A stretch of 61,976 nt of DNA, the filler included, from Choristocarpus tenellus KU-1152 (lineage: Eukaryota > Protista > Phaeophyceae): the NCBI GenBank assembly GCA_964200185.2. It is 11 parts of 11 records of this genome, joined end to end, with 100 filler letters (N's around TTAATTAATTAA, not from the genome) between each part and the next. Parts side by side here need not be neighbours in the genome. Positions count along the whole stretch, not along the records: positions 1 to 5,481 come from CAXNAD020010646.1; positions 5,582 to 19,634 come from CAXNAD020001291.1; 9 more parts are not named here. One strand, 5' to 3'. This document shows, piece after piece, positions 1-11,311 of this stretch. The notes beneath the pieces are model-generated. The model was not told where the DNA came from and made no database searches. It worked only from the letters and a program-made list of their open reading frames with translations. The position numbers and the translations under genes are program-made. Within the stretch, counting starts at the first letter, position 1. Each line of letters opens with the position of its first letter.

Positions 1-1399
1 GTGGTTGGGAACGAGAGGGGGGGGGGTGTGGGGGTTTTTTGTCTGGGAAGGTGGGGGGGGGGGATATGACCTTGGCCAGTTGGACTGGCTTACCGCCGGT
101 TCTATTACATTTTTTTGCTGAAGGTCATCGTCAACATTACCACCTGTGCACACGTGTCTTTAGTGCGGTTCACAAGGGCCTCACCTAACGATGAGGCTGC
201 TACTGATGGTTCCTGGTTAGAATTTGCAGTTGCCCTTCACTATTGTATCATAGAGAAAGCTGGGAATTATGACTATCATGACACAATATTTACCATGATG
301 TGTATGTGTGACATACACAAGGAATTGGAAAATAGATAAGGGCTGTTACATATATTTTTCAGTTACCTGGGAATCTTTAATGCAAGTTGATGACTCACGT
401 TTACTAGGAATTCCTTGCTCAAGCTTACTTTCAAGCAATTTGTTTTGCAGCTAGAGCGAGCAGTGGTGACTACAACCCAAGCACCCCCGAGCACGGGCCG
501 AGATGGCTACAGTAGAACATGAAGCATATTCTGCAACATGGTTTTGGACATTCCTTTCACTCCTCTCTCTTCCATGGATTTCATTAAGCCAGACAATTGG
601 GAAGGGACCAACCTGCCGTCTTGATTGGTTCAAATATTTCACAATGTCCAATTCAGGTCCACAAAAATATTGGAACCTGTCCAGTCTGCAGGGTGGACAG
701 GTCCCAAATTCTCTGCATGTCCAGACCAGGGCTGTCAGAGATATAGACGAATGACCCGGCTGTGGGTTAGTCTGTGGCCATGTGGAACTATATACAGTAC
801 AAAGATCAAATCCCAGTAAGGAATACCACGCTTATGGTAGACAGGGTCGCTTATGGTAGACAGGGTGACTTATGGAATATACTTGAAAGTGTAAGAATAT
901 ATATACATATTTATATATATATATTCCCACAAGTATATGGGATTTTTGGGACATTCTTTGACCAGACCGATTTGGTTTATATACTGCTTTCTTCATTGCT
1001 CTCAGCTATTTCAAGATGAGCAATCCACAGAGTGCTCTGGTACCAACCAATGCATTTTGATGTAGAGCCAGTGTTTCAATATGACAGACCTGCTTGCGGA
1101 CCTGATCCTAATTTATTCTAACAGGGCTGATCCATGCTCATCGATAGCTTCGGATGTTCAGGGCACAGACCAGCCTGCAGGCACGGGCCAAATCTCGGTC
1201 AGGTGAAGCCCTGCCTTTTCCACCCATCCTTCTCCTTTCAGTCTCCATTGAATATGAAGGTCAACGCAATGCTACCTACCCCACCTCCCCATGCCCCAGC
1301 ATAAAGAAATGAGACACAGGACGAAAATCAATCTTAATTCCCATGTCTATATTAATATACCCAAAGTTCAAATTTTTGGTGATCGCAGCATTACTGGGC

Positions 1400-2300
1400 A
1401 ACAAGCAAATGGTCCTTGTGCACAGAAGTATTAAATGTGGTGCAAAGCTTCACTGAAGCCTTTTCTATAACTTCCACAGGCTTTTTTCCGTACACGCATG
1501 CACAGCAACAGCAGAACAGCCATACATTCTCTTCAGACTTCACATACACCAAACGTACTGTCCCTCCATTTTCTCCCCCCCTCCACCTCAGTTATTCGCC
1601 ACACATACAAGACCACCCCCTTGCATAATCCAAGTCTCCACACCCCCTCTGAACTGAAAATATTGCCACTTGTCCGAAATAGTGGATCAAAACAAAAACT
1701 CGCAGCAGGCAGGTGTGTATGCGTTCTACTGAAAGACCTAAAAACGCATTAATCTATATACACACAAGTGTTGAGGAGGATTGACCTCTCTTTCTACATG
1801 AAGATGCTCTCTGGTCCAACTAAAAACACCCACAAAAAAATGTCACACTCAAGAGTGAAATACTCACGCAAGTCTTTAGAGATACTTAAACACCAAACTC
1901 TCCACTGGGAAATCAAAGTCACACTCAGTGGTACACGCACTAATAGCTAAAAAGCACATAATACACACATTTAAGAATACACACATAGCTAAACACACAC
2001 AAACCAAATGCACAAGGAACACATACACAAACAGTACACGAAAAAAAATTTCAATGACTATACCTCTACCACGGAAGAAACATCGCCCCATGTTCAGACT
2101 TCCCACTGGCAAAGGCAGAGGGAAGGTGGCAACCTCTCTACCTGCGCAGGGACATACTTGCAAACTAATCCAGAGTTGTTGCATTGTTGTTCTTCCACGC
2201 CACTTCTTCACAACTATGCCACCCACGGGTTTACAATGGTCTTGGTCTTCCAGGTAGGGTTAGAGACCTAACAGTCTCTACTGATTGCAACTACCAAAAG
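1400..2300 (-). mobile_element. Possible heavily decayed LINE 3' portion (post-RT region and Cys-rich tail)
   Basis: Broken minus-strand frames give WEV*TWGD and EVEGGRKWRDSTFGVCEV*RECMAVLLLLC, which resemble the LINE C-terminal CCHC region. Many stops; weak similarity only. Confidence 0.25.
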
Positions 2301-3839
2301 TGTGTGAATATTAACAAACCACCTGAGCTAAAAGGATGAAAATTCCATCCTTGTAACGTGCTATGGTTGAGGCCTCAATCTGGCAAAGCTTGCTCGTCTC
2401 ACCCCCCCCCCCCCCCCTTTCCCCCACTCCTTGCATGCTGTCCCTATCTCAATGCAGCATCTCCCTCCACATTTTGGTCTGTCATTGGCGAGGGAGCTGG
2501 ACAATCAACGACTAACCAAGAACTAAGACGCTTCCGCACAAGCGAAAAGCGCACATCTCTCCCCCTTGCTTCCAAGTTATTGTTGACATAGCCTATCACC
2601 TCGTTTGCACCTTGACAGAGCGAGTTCAAGGTAGGGAAGACAAAAGCAGGGACTATTGGAGAGAGGAGGTAGCCCTATGTATGTTTATGCCGCGCGCGCG
2701 CGTGTGTGTATGTATGTGTCATCACCAAAAAATATTGAAGTAACATACCTCCCTCCCTGCTTTCAATACACCATGCAGGCATGAGAATAAGCTTATCATT
2801 CAACTCATATTTTTGTACTTATTATCTATTGCTTCATAGACGTCCATGTCACTGTATATACACAACGCACCTCGTTCCACCTCCTTAACCTGACTATGCA
2901 GCAGCAGGAGTGACAGGCCTCCAGTGCAAGGGCAGCACAGGTAAGCTTGTATGCGCATGGTGACACAAGGGAAGCGGTCTTGCAGCCCCCTTGATTAACC
3001 ACAAGAGAGTGGGGAAGGGGTGAGGCTTTGGTCAGGGGACTACGGTGCAATGAAGTGCGTTATGTTTACCACTTACAGAGTCACTGATAATGCGTTCTTG
3101 CCCACCTCCCATCTTTAGTTTTGCACTTTCTACCAACAATTACAGATAATGTGTTTGACCCTACTGTTCTTCATGCATCTGGCTAGGTTCATCGAGTACT
3201 CTGAGATATGATGGTGAAAAACAGTTAGTGTCCCTAAATTCTGATGTTGAAAGGTTTGCTTGCACCGTGACTCATAGAGCTGGTGCATGGCTGAATCTTG
3301 GGCGATCAACATTATATAATTCTTGTTGACTTGTGGCTTGTTTGCCTTGCCTAGCGAATGTTGCATGTGCTAGTATCAAGCAACTCCAACTTACACTCCA
3401 GAGTAACATTGACCCTCACGATAAAAAAAAATACTAAAAGACATGAGAGTCAGGATAATACCGCTTTTTTTTTTTCAACTACTGTAAATTAAACTCACTA
3501 GTCGGTAGACAATTTGAAGCTATTTGCAACACTAGTCTCACTAGAAATGGCACAGAAAGGTGCTCTGACATATAATACAGTAGATGACCAATAACATGAT
3601 TTGCAATCCCAACTATCACCTTGAATTTCTAAGAAGGCTTTGGTCTATGAAGTACTTCAAAATATGATCATTGGGGTTATCTAATAATGATCAGAAGCCA
3701 ACACCTGTAGTTATGTATTTGTGTGTCTGACTAATGTGGTAGGAAGTGATGGGATCCCTCTATTCCACTGACTCATCAAAGTAGCCAAAGGTTAAGTTTT
3801 GTTCAGGTTTTCCAGATACAGCTGAATAGACACAACAAT

Positions 3840-4500
3840 GGATCATAGTAATAGGATCTGGGTAGCATTGCCCCCTCCCCACTTCTCCAACGTATCCTTG
3901 CAGAATTTTACATTGAAGCATGATAGGTACAGTCACAGTAGAATGAATTTAGGCGAGTTGGCTTTATATCAACTGTTCACGCATACGATTATATGTTCGG
4001 TTTCCTCCAAGCCAACAAGGGAATAGTCCAGTGATGAAGTAACTAACTACCAACTTTATACCCCACAACCAGCCAATCTATGTGGAGCAACAATGCAACG
4101 ACAGACCGACACCAGGAGGTATAACCAACAGGGTATACAAGGTAGATTCAAACGATGTCCTAGTGTGTGCGATTAGCAAATGACCACTAGACCCAACTAT
4201 GCTGCAGCGCAAGTATATCAAGTAAACTCGAGGCACAGAATGAATCGATATCTTTGACAGTCTTACGCACCAAACGCTACTCTTGATATCTATGCCATGA
4301 CCGTTTAACTTTGGTTTGATCTCACGTGTTTATTCTCCCCATAGCCTGTTGCCACTCCAATTCGCTCAGCACCCCATCAAGCTGTAATGGGTACGAGTCA
4401 TCATACGAGCTTGATATTCCTAGTCAGTGAGGTGCGATAGGAAACGTTTGGCGTAAAGCTGTAGCTCCTCAATACCAGACAAGGGACTTCTCATCCTTAA
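3840..4500 (-). mobile_element. Degenerate Ty1/copia reverse-transcriptase remnant
   Basis: Minus strand reads ELQLYAKRFL ... CSIVGSSGHLLIAHTR, matching the copia SQxxYxxKIL and YxSIVGSLxYLxxxTRPD motifs in order; interrupted by stops. Confidence 0.4.
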
Positions 4501-5355
4501 CATGTGATAGAAGGAAATTGCCCAAGAAATCTAAGGACCAAAACGCTTCAGCCTCCCAGCAAGTACAAAAATATTATGACGGACTGGAGGATGCATTATT
4601 ATCCTGCAGTTGGCCCTGAACATAAGAGACCCAAGATAGGTTATGTCTTCCGAAATGAGGGATGCCAGATGTATTTCGACCTTGACCTTTCAATAAACTA
4701 AGTTCAATCTTGTGATGCTATCTAGTGCGTACCTCCCATACGCATTCCTGTCGGCTGGAGTCTCAGCTGTTGGCGAGCGCCAGAATCGCCATTCCTCTCA
4801 GCATTTCTCGGCATGGCCAAGGGACGGGAGGGGAAATACTTCAACTACACCCTCGACGGATTATATCTTGTATATGGTGTGGGGTATCTGTTGGAAACCT
4901 ACAACCGGCCTTGTTGGTATGATATATAGGGGTGTAATGGGATCATAAAATAATGAACGTCCTCATTCTCATTGGTGAACGGAGGCTGTTCCCTCTTTCT
5001 ACGTTCTACACCCACACTTCATTGTTCATTGTTTGATTGAATCGAAAAAGTACGGGCTCGGTTATCCGAGAGTCTATATTACGACAAGTAGTCCTATGAA
5101 TTCCATTTAACACCTTCTGCAACCTGAAATATTTTCCAGATAGATCTTGCACCAGGATGATGATAGCGATGAAAAAAAGCAACTTGCTTGGAAAAAGGCA
5201 AGGAAAACAAAACTCAACAGCGACAGTCTACATTTCTCACAGAAGAAAAGGTATTCTGACACACTAACCATAGTCGTATATATATACATAGTAGTTCAAC
5301 AACAACACTACTTGACAAAAAAAACTCCGCAGCACCATCCACACTACTACTAGGT

Positions 5356-5481
5356 GAGCCAAAGTATCTTTGAGGGTAGAGCCGCGTCCATTTGGGACCA
5401 AAATCCAATGTTGCGATTTCGATGTAAATTTGGCTATCGTGTTTGTTAGGAAGTAGTGTCAATATCCTTGTTCCGAAGACA
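5356..5481 (-). mobile_element. MITE family A, partial copy truncated at contig end
   Basis: Starts GAGCCAAAGTATCTTTGAGGGTAGAGCCGCGTCC, the reverse complement of the right half of the copies at 7103 and 12686. Confidence 0.85.
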
Positions 5482-5581
5482 NNNNNNNNNNNNNNNNNNN
5501 NNNNNNNNNNNNNNNNNNNNNNNNNTTAATTAATTAANNNNNNNNNNNNNNNNNNNNNNNNNNNNNNNNNNNNNNNNNNNN
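5482..5581. other. Artificial 100-bp contig linker (N-run TTAATTAATTAA N-run). Identical linkers at 19635-19734, 28465-28564, 33561-33660, 36886-36985, 41365-41464, 44684-44783, 51760-51859, 54691-54790, 58282-58381
   Basis: Ten identical spacers carrying stop codons in all six frames. Confidence 0.98.
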
Positions 5582-6176
5582 CCCCCCCCCCCAGATACTT
5601 TGGGTCTACAAGGATCAATATTGGAGAGTGTTTTTCCCATGGGTTTTTTTGCTCCTTGTGCCACCCACCAAAAAAATAATTAAATTATGAATTATGCCTA
5701 GTTTGATTACCTTGCGCCAATCACCGCTCTTATTTCTTATTTCTTGTTGAAGCTTGATTAAGCTCTTCTCCAGGTGAGCCAGGCGATCACTGATGATGCT
5801 GTCAATCTTTTCATGGGTGATTGCCAATGATCTGAGTGTCTCATGAGAATCTCTGTTCGCACTTGTCAGTACCTGTCAAAAAGGGCAGTTGCTGGATATT
5901 GACCAAGCTGCAGCGCATGAGCTATCAGCATACTAATTGACAGTGCTCTTTCATTGTATCTGGATCTATTGCCTTGAAGGTGAAGATCAACACCTTACCT
6001 CTTCTTCTGCCATATGCCTTTCCTTCTTACGGTGACACCAGAAACTCACAGCTCGCAAGTTTTCTATGCCTCCATCAACCATAAAACCTGCGCCCATTTC
6101 TTTCAGCTTTGCCTGACACAGAGGCAATGGGAACAAAAAAGTGATGAGTTGCACCTGACAAACATAAAGGGCTTTA

Positions 6177-6465
6177 GGGTCAAAGTATCTGGGGGGGGGG
6201 GGGGGGGCTTAACAATGGCGCCCCTTGGGGCAACGGCCAGGGGAGGGGAAGTGCCCTATCCCAACCAACAAAGAGGGTGTGAGAGGGAAGGGGGGGGGGG
6301 GGGGGGGGGGGGGGTCTATACCATGGTGTCCATTCGGGACCTGACCAGGGGAAGTGAACTTGCACTATCCATCCAACGCATGCAACCAAACCACCCAAAA
6401 ATCATGACATGGAAAAATGGGCCCCAAATGGACAGTCGCCACCCCCCCCCCAGATACTTTGAGCC
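6177..6465 (+). mobile_element. MITE family B (poly-G TIR), complete copy with TTTA target-site duplication
   Basis: ttta|GGGTCAAAGTATCTGGGGGG ... CCCCCCAGATACTTTGAGCC|ttta. Related ends occur near 5582-5606, 27100-27142, 33661-33717, 36691-36790, 44784-44810, 51860-51903 and 54637-54690. Confidence 0.85.
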
Positions 6466-7102
6466 TTTACCCTTCTGAGGTAAGCATCATGCTAGGAAAT
6501 TGCAAAGGCTATTGAACAAGCTTCCTAGTCAGTCCTGTCGCATCATGTTACTTAAGTATTGTACTATTTTCCCCTATGGTGTTACTTAAGTATTGAAAGT
6601 ACGTTGCATCCTTACAAAGTACACACATCATGTAGGCCACAAGATGTGTGCGTAATACCACTCCACCAAGTTCTATTCATTGACCTTATTGTATACTACA
6701 GACCTTCCACCATTGGTATCAAGATTTCACACGCATTTTGTGTACTCAAGAACATTGCACAACCAATGCCATCTAAATGAGATACACACTGAAGCAACAC
6801 AGAGCGCTCAGCAGAACAAGCATACAGGTTTGGAGGCTTTACCCACACCTAATGTCGGGCACTCATGAGACGATGCGATTGTGGAATCACTTCTTGCATA
6901 GTTTTCATCAGCAGTGGTCCCTTTGGGAAACACAAAGTTGTGTGACAGGGTATATATTCATACCGTATTCTCACCAAATTATTCTTACAATACCAGCACA
7001 ATTATGTAAATTACTATGTCTTGGCATCAGTACAAGAAAAAGTTTCTTATACTGCAGGTTTACATTATGGGGGAAACCATTTACTAAGGAGAAACTATCT
7101 TA

Positions 7103-7360
7103 GAGTGAAAGTGTCTTAGAGGGTACGAGTTTTTCCCTCTTTGTCCATTTGGGCTCGGCTTCCCATAGGCTTTTTTATGACATTTCCCTACTCCAAAACA
7201 TTTTGGAGTAGGTAAAATGTGTACGTTATGAAAAGGTGTGTCCAGAACAAGGCTATTGATGCTTCCTAACAGGAACGATAGCCAAAATTACATCAAAATA
7301 TCAACATCGGATTTTGACCCCCAAATGGATGCGACTCTAACCTCTAAGATACTTTGGCTC
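7103..7360 (+). mobile_element. MITE family A, complete copy
   Basis: GAGTGAAAGTGTCTTAGAGGGTA ... CCTCTAAGATACTTTGGCTC inverted termini; interior aligns by eye with the other family A copies. Confidence 0.9.
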
Positions 7361-7649
7361 TTACATATGAAGTCCAGGACACCAACTAATGCTATGTTTC
7401 ATGTGCGTCATGCTGTGATCAAGGGTCGGAAGTCAGAAGACCAGTACAAGAATGATTTTTGAACCAAGTAGAAAACAGAATAACACTTTGGATCTATGCT
7501 GCAGTGAGAAATATGGAGGATGTGCTTACCCTGCGACATCAAGTACTGATGCCTATCATGTTTCCCCTAGTATTTATTCTAACTTTGTGCTTGTATGTAA
7601 TACCTTCACTGTATTATTGCATTACATAGATTATTTTTTTTCAATCATG

Positions 7650-9500
7650 GTAGTACGCTAAGTTGTCTCAGTAACTACTTCTCTGATATGAGTCTTCTGT
7701 GTGACCCAATAATCAGGGAGAGGCTGATTGAACCTTATGTGCTTGTACATCTTTGTATGCATACTGAGTGGCTTCAACTTTCCGTTCTCGGTGTGGTGAA
7801 GAAAGCATTGGGACTTTCTAATTGTGTACTTCCCAGCATCTCCAAAGGAGTATGGCCTCCACAACAGCATTGACATCCTTTGCAAGAAGAAAAAATAGTT
7901 GCCACACTATTGTGCAATGCTTCCAACGCTTGTTTTTTTGTTCACAAGTCGTGATTCTGAGCTACCTCATCATATTCTGAAAGGCCTAGTACCATTACAT
8001 AGTTTCACCTATGACTCTTGTAACTATGGTCATTTTTGAAGTTGTCAGTGTATAGTGACTTTAAGAGACACATTTGGGTTCTCACTACTAATACTCCAGT
8101 ATTTGTATGAACAGTGGAGTAATTCATTTTTTCTACTAGTATATGTTTATCATTCCATCGACCCTCTCTTGCTTACCACTATGTTCATCATTTCTGTTCT
8201 TTCGGCCTTGCTGTTGAACATTAGGGCGTTGTCAACCTCATTGATGTCTTGAAGAATGAAGTTATCTATGGAGGACCTGTTCGTTCCTGTCCCTGCCACA
8301 TTATTCCTCTCAACAAACACAAGGAGTTGGAGTTAACCACCAAGGGAAAATAAAAGAGAAGTCTGTATCACGGCATTATAAAATTTGACATTTGAAATAG
8401 GCTCGGTAAATCAATCTGACCATCTGTGGTTGATGCAAGAGGGAATTTGTTCTTGTCAGACAGGGAATATTGCCAAATTCCAACTGTTGAATTTCTATAT
8501 ATATAGAAACAGGAATTTCTTCATCGACCACTATATTGTTCCTCTTGACATCCATTGGTATTAGTGAAAATACTATCGGAAGTGTCTTCAGTGTACTTGT
8601 CAGACGCACAGAATAATTGCAGATCAAGCTTGAGAATCTGGGGACAAAGAGATTAAGAGTGAAACATTTCACTAGCCACACCTTGGATTTGTATCTATCA
8701 TCTGAATCAGCTTTCTCAATCTATCTGTTGAGTCCCCAAGGAAATAAAAAAACCTGAAAAGTTCGGAACCACAGAGAGTCGATTATTCAAATGAGATGTT
8801 GGTCAAGAGTATAAAGTGCGTTCAAGATGAGAACTGAACAATTGACTTTGAGTCCTGGTTTACCAAATCTAGATTTCTTGCTTGCACAGGTTTTCATGGC
8901 CATTAGTGTATTGTCAGCTCTCTAAGGCAGTCAATCTAATCCAATTTCTACTGCCTCCTTACATGTGATACCCTAACCTACCTGTTATATGCAGCTCGCC
9001 TTTCATGATCGTCAAGATCACACCCAGTATCATCCAAGCCCTTTATTTTATTGTGAAGGAGGTGCCAGAGAGAAGGCGTCAGCAATATTCAAAGTGTTTG
9101 CTAGCACTCATTCTACCTTTTCAATATATGGAGTTTTCAAGATACATACTGTAAAGGACACCATTATATCCTTCACACCTACCAATATTGTAGGTCTCTA
9201 CAAGGTGAGGTGAAGCTCCGAAGATATTTTATGGATTGTGAATGTCTACTACTAGATTAAGGAAATCAGAGAGAACAGACAGTAAGAATTTCATTGAAGT
9301 ATTTCATTTTTGAGGGGATATGACTCTTGCTTGCAATATGGGATGATGAAAGGATAGATATATTATCACTCACCTTGGAGTCTCCTAATATTGCAGTCAT
9401 CAACTTTGCCTTGGAAATATCCTTATTGCTGTTTGGATTTGATTTTGAAATATTGTGATTAGGTGTGCTTGGAATCAGATCTCGCTCCACCTGAGATGGC
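7650..9500 (-). mobile_element. Possible decayed APE-type LINE (endonuclease/RT remnants)
   Basis: Fragments AWMILG, GKPG, RGIMWQG, MFNSKAERTEMM and SYKYWSI appear in the order expected for LINE ORF2; heavily frameshifted. Confidence 0.35.
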
Positions 9501-10099
9501 CCCACAATTCACAACATAGAGGATATTTTCAGAGATTTCCAACATTCTTCCATAAGGTATTATCAGAGTGCTTAGCGTTTTTTACTTCCACCATGCAACA
9601 CGCAGAAAGGATCAGATCAATAGCACTGGCAATTCATTTCGGAGAAATCTTGTAGTCCTCGGTTCTTACATGATCAAGAGATTCCTGCATCCTCCTCACC
9701 CTACCAAGAACACTACACAGCTCCAGAGCTGATGCATTTGAACAAGCAGGAGCTTCGTTTTCCGCTATTTGCACTGTCATGGTTTGATGGTGGCCTGACG
9801 TTGACTAGTCCATGATCTATCTTTGGTGCAATTGCTGTAATGACTTCAGATCCTTGAGTAGTCTGGATAGATACGTCAGCCTTTGATCACTGGAGAAGCA
9901 ATCGCAAAACAATACGGACGAGTATAAGAGGAAGATAGTTGTCGGCAAAAAGTCCAAAAAAGGATCCACGAACAAACTCGCAAACCCCAAAACCTACGAC
10001 ATCCACCAATTATTTTTTTGCCGTAATACATACCAAATAAATACCTTGGTTCCTTGTGACCTCGAAGACAACGACGAAAATTGCTAAGCAGCTTAGGCC

Positions 10100-11090
10100 T
10101 CTCCATAAATAGTTCAACCAACACTATTAAATGCATTAAAATGACTGAGATGGAAAGATTTATTTCGCTCATATTCTTAGACCTTCTTTGCTTGGGAGTA
10201 TCAAACTGTATTCATCAAGAAGATGCATTTGGACCTAGCATAGTAGCAACTGCTCTACATAGGATGCGGAGATACAGTGTCTAGGAGGAGTAGATAATAA
10301 CCGTGGAGAAAGACGGAAATTCTCTCCAACTATATACGACATACAGGTTCGGCATTAATGGGTGATCGTTGTAGCCTATTGGTGACGAGCTGAGTTTACA
10401 ATTGAAGGGGATAGGGGGGTAGCCTTGCGCCTATGGCTGATGAAAAAATCTATTGCTGCTCCAATAAGATGCACCAAAAAGGATGTGTGCAATCTTGATC
10501 ATGCCTGGTGATATTTGTATTGACGAGGTAACAGTACATGTGCGATGCGGACATTTATTCAGGGCTCAGGTTTTTCTTTTCGGGAGTATGGGTTATGCGA
10601 GCACTAATCGAAACGAACTGCATATACGCTATCCAAACGAACTCTGTATAGTGCATCATCTACCACGAAATAGCATCGACCTGTTAAGAGAGCGAACTCA
10701 TTGGTGCAAGGATAAAGACTCGTTTTTTACATCAAGCCGATTGTAACAACATTTTCTTTCTCCACATTCCCTCAAGGATTGCGCTGTGCGAGTAATCTAG
10801 AATCAGGGTGACGAGACTGACAAAGTTACTCAACAAAAAACGAACTTTCCTTCATTGATGCTCCTGATATGTGCACTGTTCCTCCTCACTCCCCCCCTTC
10901 TAATACACAAGTGAAACCTCACAGGACATCTCACGGAAAGACGGGGTCCTGGGTTTGGAGGGCAAGTGGACGCCCAGCCTTGATGTTATGTTGAGAAAGC
11001 AACACCCACGTCAGATTATCTCGCCACGATATCTCTGGATCGACTTTTGAGAGTGTTTCGAAGCTTATTGTATCATGCGACATTTCATGC
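10100..11090 (+). mobile_element. piggyBac-like transposase pseudogene
   Basis: Plus strand reads TEMERFISLIF, FGPSIVATALHRMR, PGDICIDEVTVHVRCGHLFRAQ and DSFFTSSRL, matching piggyBac EMxxFIGL, IDExM..GR..FRQ and DNFFTS motifs in order, with stops. Confidence 0.55.
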
Positions 11091-11311
11091 TTCGAAATAC
11101 TCCTTACTAATGTAAATGATATTACTTCCTTGACCGTCCAACTTGACTGATGGAGGGGAAAGGTCGTGAAACGTCTGAAACCCCCATCAATAACAAGTAT
11201 GTGTACATGTGGTCAGGTAATCCAAACCTTCTGCACTTTCAGCAGTTACATAAGATAGTCACAGCCATGGACTAAGATTATATCGCAATTTTGGCTGGGT
11301 CAGGATCAAAT

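Noticed and set aside
4180-4215. CSIVGSSGHLL resembling a sialyltransferase L-motif
   Set aside because: Neighbouring motifs fit the copia RT SIVGSL segment better, and the frame is full of stops.
5527-5538. TTAATTAATTAA motif recurring ten times
   Set aside because: Synthetic linker inside N runs, not biological.
9876-10172. WGLRVCS on minus strand suggesting a Fanzor/TnpB zinc finger
   Set aside because: No RuvC motifs (DPG, E..TS, RDxNA) found; the adjacent opposite strand is explained by a piggyBac remnant.
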